DNA from: Promethearchaeota archaeon
GTDB taxonomy: Archaea > Asgardarchaeota > Lokiarchaeia > Sigyniarchaeales > SOKP01
Length of the DNA: 64,000 bases
Assembly (NCBI GenBank): GCA_048940805.1
Contig: JBHLOF010000006.1
Span: forward strand, 3,885 to 67,884
Reading direction: 5' to 3'
In this document: in pieces, positions 8,658 through 18,354 of the stretch
Position numbering within the stretch: the first letter of the stretch is position 1
Layout: each line of letters starts with the position of its first letter
The notes under the pieces: generated by a model
Told to the model about the DNA's origin: nothing
What the model saw: the letters and a program-made list of their open reading frames with translations, nothing else
Databases searched by the model: none
Translations under genes and position numbers: made by a program

Positions 8658-9563
8658 TTATTGAGCTTCATAAAGAGGGGACCCAGCTTTCATAAAACGA
8701 TTCAGGTGACGCATTGATGCAATAATTTTTCCGGTTTCTTTTTCTTCTAATGTAGAATCAAGCCAAAAATATTCTGTTTTCCCCGATACTCCAATACAAA
8801 CAAATTTCCCCTTAGCAATATATGGAATCCCGATAAATGCGGGTCCGTCTATATTCCTGAGTTCAGTTGCTCCATAAAAGGGAACAGCTTTATATTCAGC
8901 AGTACTCGTTCGCTCATAACCTAATGCCATGGCTTCAAACAAGGCTGTTGGATAAAAAATTGTATTTCCCCAAGGAGAATTTTCTTTGTCTTTATAGTAT
9001 TCTAATTGGTCCGTGATTCTTCTTAATCCTCTATTAGCATTTTCTTGTGTAAGTAAAATTTCTCGTGAAGGAAGCTCATCTCCAACTTTGTGTCTCGCTA
9101 AAATACGTATATCCTCAGGACTACTGTTTCTTAGTTCTATAGCTTGTAAATATGATGGTTCTTTAGGTGATCCTATCGATACTGTGCCAGTCATTATTTG
9201 TTGTCCACTTTTCAATTCAGCCCACGCCTTAACTTGCACGTCTTCCGCTGTTATTGGGAGCATTTTTTCAGTTGTATTCGGTGGTAATTCAATAATCGCT
9301 CTTACTTCCTCTTTATCAACTGTAGCAAATGTATAATACATACTTACGGTACCATTCTTAAACCAACGATCACCAAACATTTTTTGCGCGAGTGGTGCAA
9401 ACATACTTAGATGTATTGTTCCTTGGATTGTTCCACCACGCATCCCAACACTTTTAGCTACATCATCATCGTGAATGGAAGTAGTACTGGCTCTAGCAAG
9501 ATTTTCTGGAGCTCTCCATCCTCCAAACATTTTTCCATCTATAATTTCGGTATCATCTACCAT
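8658..9563 (-). CDS. Conserved hypothetical protein, possible hotdog-fold (MaoC-like) protein
   Basis: 301-aa clean ORF. IHDDDVAKSVGMRGGTIQGTIHL resembles the MaoC H-x-D...G-x-I-x-G segment. Otherwise unassigned. Confidence 0.4.
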   Translation of the reverse strand: MVDDTEIIDGKMFGGWRAPENLARASTTSIHDDDVAKSVGMRGGTIQGTIHLSMFAPLAQKMFGDRWFKNGTVSMYYTFATVDKEEVRAIIELPPNTTEKMLPITAEDVQVKAWAELKSGQQIMTGTVSIGSPKEPSYLQAIELRNSSPEDIRILARHKVGDELPSREILLTQENANRGLRRITDQLEYYKDKENSPWGNTIFYPTALFEAMALGYERTSTAEYKAVPFYGATELRNIDGPAFIGIPYIAKGKFVCIGVSGKTEYFWLDSTLEEKETGKIIASMRHLNRFMKAGSPLYEAQ

Positions 9564-9871
9564 AATACAGTTACCTGTTCTTCCTTAATTGTGAAAATTT
9601 GATATATAATTAATTTAATATTTTTCAAAAAAGAATCATTTCAATATTAATTTTAAGTCTCAGAAAAAAGAATTGAAATTTCTTACATATAAGATTAATT
9701 GTGCAATTTTCTCAATAGTTTCCAATGAAATAGTCTAAATAAAGTCTAAAACTTTCCTTAGACTTCTAATTACAAAACTATATTAGATCATCAACCTAGA
9801 TTACGAATAATCAGTTGAATATACATAACACAAATAAGGAAATTTTAAGCGAACATTAAGGGATATCATAA

Positions 9872-10014
9872 GTGTAGATTCTCCTTGAAAAGGAGACTCC
9901 CGCCTACTAAACGCAAAAACGCGTCGAAAAAATACATTAGGGAGAGGAGGGCGAAATCAGAGTGTAAAAATTTACACTCCCAAAAGACAAAAATCCAGGG
10001 TGTAGGCAGGAGCC
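9872..10014. ncRNA. Candidate structured small RNA (unclassified)
   Basis: About 140 nt of clearly higher GC than the surrounding AT-rich 785-bp divergent intergenic region. Three local hairpins: TCTCCT/AGGAGA (9880-9896), ACGC/GCGT (9911-9924) and AGTGTAAA/TTTACACT (9961-9978). There is no ORF. Strand and ends are unknown. Confidence 0.25.
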
Positions 10015-10348
10015 AATATAGTTAGAATTTGAATCGACTTTAAATATAAAATTAGATGTTTGAATTTATAAACATTTTTGTAATGTTGTGACTAAATAAA
10101 TATTTAGGATGATAAAGTAATAATCTTAGATAACAGATTCCATGTTCCAAAGGATTTCTTGATGATTTTCTATTGTAATCCATCGTTATAAAAGATTAAA
10201 TTACTGTGTTTAGATTTTAGTTTTTTATTTTTAAGGTATATAAAATTTGATTTACTAAATCTCATTAAAATTGAATTATGAACAAAATTGTCATTATTTA
10301 ATTCTTTTAAAAATTAGATCACAATATAAAAAGTAATAATAACAAAAT

Positions 10349-11488
10349 TTGATTAAAATGAGCAAAACAGTTTTAGTTGATGGTGCTAAAGGTCATACAG
10401 GTACATTTCTTATTAAAGAAATATTAAATGCAAGACCAAATTGGATGATTATTGCAACGGATTTACCGATAGAAAAAAGAAATGAATTAATGACTAAGGA
10501 AACTGTTTTTAGTAAACGATTTGGATATATGACAGATATTTTTGAGGATGAGAAAATTGCTTATATCCCCACAGATCTAAGAGAAAAAAATTCCCTTTAC
10601 ACTTTATTTCAAGGCAAAAAATATGACATTGTCTTCCATACAGCAAGTTTATATGATTATTTTGCTCCTTTAACCCTCTTAAGAGCGATAAATGTGGAGG
10701 GATTAGGGAATCTGCTTGAAGCTATAAGAGAAACTCAGGATCTGGAGAAATTAAGATTTATACACTGGAGTACGTGTGGTGTTTATGGAGAACCCAAATA
10801 TAGAAAAAATGAAAAAGGATATCCGGTTCCTACTGATGAAACTGCATCATATAACCCCCCAAATAACTATAGTATTAGTAAAATGGAACAAGAATTGATT
10901 TTAAAGGATTATATTAGCGAACATCAATTAAAAGCCACGATTATACGTTCTGCGCCAATTCTTGGACCATATCAGATCTATGGGTTATTTCATTTGATAC
11001 AGATAGTAAATAAGTCTGGATTAGGCCCAGGTTTACATATTTATCCAAAAAAAAGGCGGTTAGCAATGCCCCTAATTCATGTTGAAGATTTGGTTAGATC
11101 TGCTTTATTCCTGGCAGAAAATGATAAGTCTATAGGTGAAACTTATAATCTTGTTATAGACAATTGTTTTCAAGAAGATTTTCTTGAATATCTCGCGGAT
11201 TTGTTAAATGTTGACTATTTTAACTGGCCAATATGGTGGCCAATTTATAAACTATTTTCAAAATTTCTTTTATGGCTTAGTAGAAGACAGGATAAAAAGG
11301 CAAGAAAATTAAATTCAAGACCTCCAGTTGATTTATCAATGGCAGAATATATAACTCATCAATACCTTTTTTCAAATAAAAAAGTTAAAGAGTTAGGATT
11401 TCAATTTAAGTATCCAGATTATATAAGTGCCATAAAGGATACTGTAGATTGGTATCTTAAAAATAAATGGTTAGAGAGTGATTATTAG
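10349..11488 (+). CDS. NAD-dependent epimerase/dehydratase (extended SDR family)
   Basis: 379 aa. N-terminal Rossmann segment VLVDGAKGHTGTFL and YSISK (YxxxK) catalytic motif. The probable true start is ATG at 10358. Confidence 0.75.
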   Translation: MIKMSKTVLVDGAKGHTGTFLIKEILNARPNWMIIATDLPIEKRNELMTKETVFSKRFGYMTDIFEDEKIAYIPTDLREKNSLYTLFQGKKYDIVFHTASLYDYFAPLTLLRAINVEGLGNLLEAIRETQDLEKLRFIHWSTCGVYGEPKYRKNEKGYPVPTDETASYNPPNNYSISKMEQELILKDYISEHQLKATIIRSAPILGPYQIYGLFHLIQIVNKSGLGPGLHIYPKKRRLAMPLIHVEDLVRSALFLAENDKSIGETYNLVIDNCFQEDFLEYLADLLNVDYFNWPIWWPIYKLFSKFLLWLSRRQDKKARKLNSRPPVDLSMAEYITHQYLFSNKKVKELGFQFKYPDYISAIKDTVDWYLKNKWLESDY

Positions 11489-11956
11489 ATGGGATTTATA
11501 GAAAGCTTAATACTTAGTTTTGCAGTTGGTTGGTTTAATTCATATTTATACCGAAAATATTTGCGTGAAAGAAATAAAGATTGGATTGTTTTTTTAGCAA
11601 TTTTATTTCTCTCAACGCTATGGTTAATTGAAATCTTAATATATTTTGAGCTTCTTGATATGAGATGGTTAAATTTTCTTCCTTGGGTAAATATTCCGTT
11701 GGATAATAAGGGAAAATATTTTTTGTGGAATTCTTTTATTGTCTTTGGACTCGATTATAAAATAGTTCAACAGCCTGGCATGGAAATCATCGCTAGCTTT
11801 TTACTAATATCATATCTTTTCTGGTATTATTTTGGTTCCAAACTTGGTAAAGTATTTAATGGTTATAGGTCATATCAACAAGGACATTATTTAATATTTA
11901 AGCCCGTTAAGAAATTTATTAAGGAACGTGAAAAACAAACGGAAGATACTAAATAA
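11489..11956 (+). CDS. Hypothetical membrane protein
   Basis: 155 aa with about 4 hydrophobic helices. Its ATG abuts the stop of the upstream SDR gene (TAGATG), suggesting co-transcription. Confidence 0.5.
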   Translation: MGFIESLILSFAVGWFNSYLYRKYLRERNKDWIVFLAILFLSTLWLIEILIYFELLDMRWLNFLPWVNIPLDNKGKYFLWNSFIVFGLDYKIVQQPGMEIIASFLLISYLFWYYFGSKLGKVFNGYRSYQQGHYLIFKPVKKFIKEREKQTEDTK

Positions 11957-12390
11957 AATATAATTTTAGGTTATTAATCATGTATTTTCAGATTATATTT
12001 CTGGAGTTATCCCTTCAATTCCATTTTAAATTAAACTCTAAAAAACTTTTGCTTTCCTTCATTTAGTCATTCAGGGGTTATTAGCATTTTTAGTTAAACA
12101 TTTCTTTAGATATTAGATAAAAATTGTACTTCAGAAAATGTAAAAATACTAGATATTGAGCACTTTATTAAGCTGTTAAGCCCAAACACTTACTGAAATT
12201 CTAACCTAAATTAATAAACAAATAATAATATATTTTATTAGAGTATAAGTAATACAAAAAAATAACAACAAAACAAAAAAATAAATAAAATTAAAATAAG
12301 TTAATTATATTAATATCAATAAGTAAAATATTTCGATAGGAATATTTATCTGTAATTTTACTATAATTCTATTAACTATATATAAAAAAA

Positions 12391-12771
12391 ATGACTTCTA
12401 TGACTGAGCCAACTTCGGAAAACCTTGATGAGATTTTAAAAAAGTTGTTGAATGCAATCCCAGAAGTTAGAGCCGCTGCAATTGTGTCTGCAGAAGGTTT
12501 ACCTATTGCATCTGCCCTTCCGCAAGGAGTAGATGAAACCCGAATTGCAGCTATGACTGCTGCGTTGCTCTCCTTAGCCGAGAGGGCAGTTATCGAGATG
12601 GACAAAGGAGAATTCGACCAGCTGTACGTAAAAGGAAGCGAGGGTTATTTACTGGTCTTAGGAGCTGGACCCAATGCGGTATTGACGGTCTCTACAACGA
12701 AAGATGTACGATTAGGGCTCATATTTTTAGACTGTAAGCGAACGTGTGAAAAAATCGCGAAATTAATCTAA
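12391..12771 (+). CDS. Roadblock/LC7 (MglB-like) domain protein
   Basis: 126 aa. VRAAAIVSAEGLPIASALPQGVDETRIAAMTAALLSLAERAV....GYLLVLGAGPNAVLTVSTTKDVRLGLIFLD is a textbook Roadblock/LC7 pattern. The gene is visibly more GC-rich than its neighbours. Confidence 0.85.
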   Translation: MTSMTEPTSENLDEILKKLLNAIPEVRAAAIVSAEGLPIASALPQGVDETRIAAMTAALLSLAERAVIEMDKGEFDQLYVKGSEGYLLVLGAGPNAVLTVSTTKDVRLGLIFLDCKRTCEKIAKLI

Positions 12772-12942
12772 CTACCTTCTTTTAACACCGAAGTAAATTT
12801 CTGTAAACTTCGTGAATTACCTATAGTCAGTCTTTTTAGGTAATATAGATTTTTATGCGCTCTATTCTAGTTTTATTATTAAATCAAAGAATAATTATTA
12901 GATTGTTAATTATTAAATAAATTAATATAACTCTTTTGCCGG

Positions 12943-14091
12943 ATGGATATGGATTATTGGACTGCGGTTGGAGAAATCTACAATGTTACACTGTCCCTTG
13001 CTTTTTTTGTCTTAGCGTTTTTGATGTTTTATATCGGGAGAAAAGGGTATAAATTGAACAATCGATACGGTGGGGTCTCTTCTACCTTGACAGGTATCTG
13101 TTTTATAATTTTTGGATATTATAATTCAATTGTACGATTTTTTCCTTATCCTTATAATGGTTTTATGGTGTGGTGGATTGGTATTGTTTTACTTACAAAC
13201 TTGATTTTTTCTTTCATGATTAAACGAGAAATAAAAAAGATGGGGTTAAATAATGAATTAAACACAAGATTGGAAGGAAAAAAACCGGCGCTTAGAAGAT
13301 ATATTGAGAGAATGACAAAAGAAAACCCGTATAGAGAAGAAATTACCCTCAAGATGGAATATGTGCGAAAAAGTTTCCATTTAACTGGATTACTTCTTAT
13401 TTTAGCTTTTTTTGGTTTACCTTTTCTGTATCCTGTTACTCGGATAATAAGCGATGGAGTGATTGAATTAATTAATAATTTAGGACCGGTTTACACTAAT
13501 TTATGGGGTAATTTATCATTATTTCCATTTACGATAGGGGACCCTCTTTCGGTTGTCTACCTTACAATGATGGCGCTGATTGGTGCATTGATGTTTGCAT
13601 TGATCTCCGATTTAATCAGAATTATATGGGGGCCCGAGTATTCTGTATTCAACTTTTTAACAAGATCGATGTTAAGGGAAAAGGAAAGGAATGCCGCGGG
13701 ACCACAAATCTATATTATTACTGGTTTTGTTTTTTCTTATATGTTGTTTATGGTAAATTTAGTCCATATTTTCGCTGTGTTTTCAGGTATACTTATTGCC
13801 TGTCTTTCGGATGCTGCTGCTGCTATAATTGGTAGGAAATATGGGAAGCATAAAGTTATGGTGAGGAATAAAGATAAAAAATCCGTTGAGGGTTTCCTAG
13901 CAGGGACAATTATGGCCTATTTAATAGGATTAATCTTTGTTGGACCAATTTATGCCATTATAGGAGCTGTGATATTCTTTATAACAGATTATTTTCCCAT
14001 ATTTACAGCCGACAATCTTTTAAATCCAATCTTCATTCCTGTTGGTATCCAATTGTTTATTCTTATATTAGGTTTACCTGTAGGATGGTAG
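12943..14091 (+). CDS. Polytopic membrane protein, CTP-dependent polyprenol (dolichol/phytol) kinase / cytidylyltransferase family
   Basis: 382 aa with many TM helices. VRKSFHLTG and DAAAAIIGRKYGKHK....KSVEGFLAG are motifs of the CTP_transf_1 / dolichol kinase family. Confidence 0.6.
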   Translation: MDMDYWTAVGEIYNVTLSLAFFVLAFLMFYIGRKGYKLNNRYGGVSSTLTGICFIIFGYYNSIVRFFPYPYNGFMVWWIGIVLLTNLIFSFMIKREIKKMGLNNELNTRLEGKKPALRRYIERMTKENPYREEITLKMEYVRKSFHLTGLLLILAFFGLPFLYPVTRIISDGVIELINNLGPVYTNLWGNLSLFPFTIGDPLSVVYLTMMALIGALMFALISDLIRIIWGPEYSVFNFLTRSMLREKERNAAGPQIYIITGFVFSYMLFMVNLVHIFAVFSGILIACLSDAAAAIIGRKYGKHKVMVRNKDKKSVEGFLAGTIMAYLIGLIFVGPIYAIIGAVIFFITDYFPIFTADNLLNPIFIPVGIQLFILILGLPVGW

Positions 14092-14105
14092 AATTAAATT
14101 AATAA

Positions 14106-14951
14106 TTGATTGAAATTATGCCTGAATTAATCGATTCCCTAAAAAATATCAAACTGGCTATATTTGATCTTGATGGTGTTGTTTATCGTGGGAAAAAGCT
14201 AATCCCTATGGTTGATAATGTCATTGAGACTCTTAAGAAGCATTCAATTAAAGTTGTATATAACTCTAATAACTCTACTATGACGCGTGCAATATATGTT
14301 GAGAAATTGAAGAGTTTAAACATTCCGAGCGATATTAATGATTTTTATACAAGTGCTTCGATTGCTTCTGCTGAAATAACAAAACTTAAGGAAAATGCAA
14401 AAATCTTTGTGATTGGGGAATTTGGTTTAAGAGAAGAACTACAACTTAAGGGGCATAAAGTCGTTACTGATCCAATAATTAGGGATATTGATTTTGTAAT
14501 TGTTGGTTTAGATCGAGATTTTACTTATGAGAAATTATCAGTTGCTCAGAAATGCATCTTAGAAGGGAAAGCACAATTTTATGCAACAAACGCGGATGCA
14601 ACCTTACCGGATGATGATGGATTTAAGCCAGGAGCAGGTACAATGGTAACCGCACTGATCACATGCACAGGGCAAGATCCTACTAGAATATTTGGAAAAC
14701 CTGAACCCTTTGGGATCCAGTTAATTTTAGAAGATTTTCGAATTCCTCCTGAACAAGCATGTATAATTGGAGATCGTTTAAATACTGATATTTTGGCTGG
14801 AAATAGAGCAGGAATTATGTCAATTGTAGTTTTAACGGGAGTTACCACAAGAGAAATGATTGAAATGGTCAAAAAAGATAGTAAATCTGATAGGAATCTT
14901 ATTCCTGATTTGGTTGTAGAAAATTTAAATGGAATTTTTAAGATTACTTAA
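14106..14951 (+). CDS. HAD-superfamily hydrolase, subfamily IIA (NagD-like sugar phosphatase)
   Basis: 281 aa. AIFDLDGVVYRG (motif I), NSNNST, and GDRLNTDILAG (motif IV). The likely start is ATG at 14118. Confidence 0.8.
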   Translation: MIEIMPELIDSLKNIKLAIFDLDGVVYRGKKLIPMVDNVIETLKKHSIKVVYNSNNSTMTRAIYVEKLKSLNIPSDINDFYTSASIASAEITKLKENAKIFVIGEFGLREELQLKGHKVVTDPIIRDIDFVIVGLDRDFTYEKLSVAQKCILEGKAQFYATNADATLPDDDGFKPGAGTMVTALITCTGQDPTRIFGKPEPFGIQLILEDFRIPPEQACIIGDRLNTDILAGNRAGIMSIVVLTGVTTREMIEMVKKDSKSDRNLIPDLVVENLNGIFKIT

Positions 14952-14963
14952 CAGAGTAGAGAA

Positions 14964-15515
14964 TTAGACATCTTTTGTATTATTAAACATCAATCTTCCA
15001 ATTTCTGTAAAAACTTCTTCTACATTTTGGCCATTTTTAGAGGAACATTCAATATAACCAAATAGATCATTTTTTTGAGCTAATTCATATGCATCATCTC
15101 TGGAAACAGCTCTTTTGTATTCAAGATCTAGTTTACTTCCCACCATTATGATTGGTATTTGATTTAGTGGTCCTTTATAGCCTTGTTTAAAAATATCTAA
15201 CCAATCTTGAAAATTTTTAAGTGAGCTATAACGGGTTATGTCATATACGAAGATACCTCCTGAAGCTCCAAGAACATAGCTAGGTAATAAAAATCTGAAT
15301 CTATCTTCCCCCGCAAAATCCCAGATTTGTAATGTAATTCTCTTACCTTGAATATTCAACTTTTTGATATGAAAATCTACTCCAATCGTAATTTCATTAT
15401 TACTTTGGAAAACACCTGTTAAATATCTACCAATTAGAGTAGTCTTCCCAACACCACCATCTCCAAATATGCAAATTTTGTACATAGCGTCACTTAATGG
15501 CATGGTCTCTTTCAC
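14964..15515 (-). CDS. Ras-superfamily small GTPase (Rab/Ras-like)
   Basis: 183 aa. G1 GDGGVGKTT, G2 T in ITIGVDF, G3 WDFAGED (Glu where Ras/Rab have Gln), G4 GSKLD (Ser for Asn), G5 CSSK. Confidence 0.85.
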   Translation of the reverse strand: MKETMPLSDAMYKICIFGDGGVGKTTLIGRYLTGVFQSNNEITIGVDFHIKKLNIQGKRITLQIWDFAGEDRFRFLLPSYVLGASGGIFVYDITRYSSLKNFQDWLDIFKQGYKGPLNQIPIIMVGSKLDLEYKRAVSRDDAYELAQKNDLFGYIECSSKNGQNVEEVFTEIGRLMFNNTKDV

Positions 15516-15721
15516 ATTTCAGATTTGTTCATATTAAGCTTAATAAAAACTTAAAAAGAAATTGAAGATGCTTTTTTTTATAATATAATAAATTCAATTC
15601 TTAAAAATAATTGGTTTCAGATACTTAGAACTATTAATATAACATTTGTTAATAAATTCTATAAGAATGGTAATGTGTAGGATCATATTTTAATTGTTTA
15701 CTTAACTTTCAAATTTGATAA

Positions 15722-16879
15722 ATGATGTCAACAAAAGTAGCGATTGTGAATGTTAAAGAATATGAAACAATTCCAGATGCTGTCAAAAGTGCCATAAAAT
15801 TACTGAAGAATGACTTGGGTTTTGAGATTATGCAATCTGATAAAATTCTTTTAAAACCTAATTTATTAACATCTAAAAAGGATGCTTGTACTCAACCTGC
15901 TTTTGTAGAAGGTGTTATTTCATATCTTAAGGAAATTAATATTCCTATGACAAATGTATTTTTAGGAGATTCTCCAGGTCAATCCGAAAAGGTTGGTTCT
16001 GATGTTGCTAAAACAATTGGTGTTTATGATTTATGTGAAATACATGGTTTTAATTTTGTGAATTTTGAAGGAGATATACCAATTGTAGAAAAAATTGATG
16101 GTGCTTTTAATTTAAATGAAATACGTGTCGCTAAAGCAGTTAAAGAATGTGATGTTTTGATCAACCTACCTCGATTAAAATCTCACTTAGAGGCAACAAT
16201 GACAGGTGCCATTAAAAATTATTGGGGGATCATACCTGGAGGTTTAAAAGCTAAGTATCATTTGTTTGGAAAATCCTCAGAACAGTTTGGTGAAGTACTT
16301 GCTGATAATTTTTCATGGATTGTGAAAAATAAACCAAAAAGATTTACTGTCTATGATTTACAGCGCATCATGGAAGGATCCACTGGTCCAGGAGGGGGAA
16401 AAATGGTAAATTGGGATTTGATACTAGTTGGAACTGATGAAGTTGCTTTAGATTTGGTTGCCTTGGAGATTGGGAAAGTTAAGCCTAAAAGTGTGCCCCA
16501 TCTTAAGAATGCAATTGATAGAAATTTAGGAATTGGAGATTTGGAAGATATTGAGATAGTAGGAATGCCCCTTGAAGATGCGAAAAAACAAGCACCTAAG
16601 TTTAAAGTACCAGGAAGTACTTTTACAAGTTTTATTGCGTATATGTCAGGACATATAGGATATAAGATTATAAAAAAAATTCCTAAGTTAACAAAATCTA
16701 AATGCATTAAGTGTGGTGAGTGTGCTCAAAATTGTGCATCTAAAGCAATAAAATTTGAAGTAGGTGAATATCCGATATTTTTAAGAAATAAATGCATCTC
16801 ATGCTTTTGTTGTGCTGAATTATGTAGTGAGGTTGCAATTAAGGCAAAGAGTAGGGGTATAGTAGGATTATTTGATTAA
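15722..16879 (+). CDS. DUF362 domain protein with C-terminal 2x[4Fe-4S] ferredoxin domain
   Basis: 385 aa. Two CxxCxxCxxxC-type clusters (CIKCGECAQNC, CISCFCCAELC) at the C-terminus. The N-terminal body matches my recollection of DUF362. Confidence 0.6.
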   Translation: MMSTKVAIVNVKEYETIPDAVKSAIKLLKNDLGFEIMQSDKILLKPNLLTSKKDACTQPAFVEGVISYLKEINIPMTNVFLGDSPGQSEKVGSDVAKTIGVYDLCEIHGFNFVNFEGDIPIVEKIDGAFNLNEIRVAKAVKECDVLINLPRLKSHLEATMTGAIKNYWGIIPGGLKAKYHLFGKSSEQFGEVLADNFSWIVKNKPKRFTVYDLQRIMEGSTGPGGGKMVNWDLILVGTDEVALDLVALEIGKVKPKSVPHLKNAIDRNLGIGDLEDIEIVGMPLEDAKKQAPKFKVPGSTFTSFIAYMSGHIGYKIIKKIPKLTKSKCIKCGECAQNCASKAIKFEVGEYPIFLRNKCISCFCCAELCSEVAIKAKSRGIVGLFD

Positions 16880-18288
16880 ATATTAGTTCCATTTTCTTTA
16901 TGAACGAATTGAGCGTAATATTTGAGAAAGTAATAATCTGATAGTCTTATATTAATTATTGAGTTATATTGAATAAACTCATTTACAGAATGAGCACCCC
17001 CTCCAATTCCTAATCCACCTGTTACATATTTTAATCCTAAAATATTTTGAATTACTGTTAGAGGAGCAGCTGCAGCACTTATCGGCCACAGTTCAGTTTC
17101 AACTCCTAATTTCTTTGCACTTTTGATTAAGCTTTTTACAATTTTCGAATCTTTAGAAACTCGAGAACTATTATAGCCCATATTTTTAGTTAATTCAATT
17201 TTTGAGTTTGAGCTTTGAGAAAATTTTTCTACTCTTTCTTTAATTTCGTTAAAAATCATCTCTTCCGATATATTATCGGCAAATCTAATGTCAACTTTAC
17301 ATATAGCTTCATTAGGGACATAATTTTTTGTGCCTTCTTTCATAAATCCTGATTTTAATGTAGAAATATTGAATGTGGGGTTGAAAAGGTAATTTTTGAA
17401 CGATTTCCTTTGATCAGCTTCTTGAGTTTGTAGTATCCCTACTTTCTTCTTGATATTCTCAATATCTATATTTTTCATTAATTCATCAAAAACAATTTGT
17501 TCATCTTTAGAGAGAATATACGGCTTCCCCAAGCTTGCAATAAGGAATTTATTATTAGTATATATATTTGATAAGAGAGAGATTAAATCAAGTGCGGGAT
17601 TAGGAATCATGCCGCTGAATGCTGAATGAGGTTCTTTATTATCGCTAGATACTTTTATGGTTAATGATAAAATACCCTTATATCCAAGCTTTAAGACTAA
17701 CTTAGCATCAAGATTTTGTTTTGTTGAGGGGTAATAAGCATTGATGCAATCTTCAAACATTTCTTGGTTATTCTCAAGAATTTTTAATAAGCTAGGGGAA
17801 CCGAGTTCCTCCTCACCATCAAATACTAATATCAGTGAGATAGGTAACTCTCCTTCTTTTATGAGTTCTTTTACCACATTTAAAAAACAAATTAACGGTG
17901 TTTTGGAATTATAAGCCCCCCGTGCTATTATACATTCACCTAATATATCCAATGGGGGAGAAAGGTTATGAACTTCAGCCATAAAGGGGTCACTAATCCA
18001 TTGATTTTCCTTGCTTATTGGTTGAGTGTCATACATCATATAAATTAATAAGCGTTTACGAGAATTTCCCTCAACTTTCGCAATAATGATCGGATTTATT
18101 TCCCCACTAAATTCTTTTATTTCTACGCAAAAATCTGAGATATAAGAGACAAGAAATTCTTTAGCTTGGAGGATCCCTTTCTTATTAAGAGTATCACTAG
18201 GAATTCTAAGAAAAGGGAGTAGATCTGTTTTTATGAATTCCTTATTGCTTCCTCTTATTTTGTTTACAAAAGTATCATTTGATTTCAT
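16876..18288 (-). CDS. M20-family metallopeptidase homologue (ArgE/DapE/CPG2-like), metal ligands partly substituted
   Basis: 470 aa. M20 landmarks are present in order: LIYMMYDTQP, IIARGAYNSKTP, FDGEEELGS, GGGAHSVNE. The first His is Met and the bridging Asp is Asn. Confidence 0.6.
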   Translation of the reverse strand: MKSNDTFVNKIRGSNKEFIKTDLLPFLRIPSDTLNKKGILQAKEFLVSYISDFCVEIKEFSGEINPIIIAKVEGNSRKRLLIYMMYDTQPISKENQWISDPFMAEVHNLSPPLDILGECIIARGAYNSKTPLICFLNVVKELIKEGELPISLILVFDGEEELGSPSLLKILENNQEMFEDCINAYYPSTKQNLDAKLVLKLGYKGILSLTIKVSSDNKEPHSAFSGMIPNPALDLISLLSNIYTNNKFLIASLGKPYILSKDEQIVFDELMKNIDIENIKKKVGILQTQEADQRKSFKNYLFNPTFNISTLKSGFMKEGTKNYVPNEAICKVDIRFADNISEEMIFNEIKERVEKFSQSSNSKIELTKNMGYNSSRVSKDSKIVKSLIKSAKKLGVETELWPISAAAAPLTVIQNILGLKYVTGGLGIGGGAHSVNEFIQYNSIINIRLSDYYFLKYYAQFVHKENGTNI

Positions 18289-18354
18289 GTATATTCAATA
18301 GTTAAATTAAGTAATTAATTAATTTAATTATCTATATCTTGAGTAATACACACT

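Noticed and set aside
9872-10014. The GC-rich element considered as a tRNA, H/ACA or C/D box sRNA.
   Set aside because: On either strand I found no T-loop (GTTCRANYC) or acceptor/anticodon arm arrangement. The ACA at 9987-9989 is not positioned after a pocket-forming stem, and no C (RUGAUGA) / D (CUGA) box pair brackets it. It is kept only as an unclassified structured-RNA candidate.
12250-12300. An A-rich low-complexity tract (aataacaacaaaacaaaaaaataaataaaattaaaataag) considered as a repeat array.
   Set aside because: It has no defined repeat unit or spacer structure. It is simple AT-rich intergenic sequence upstream of the Roadblock gene.
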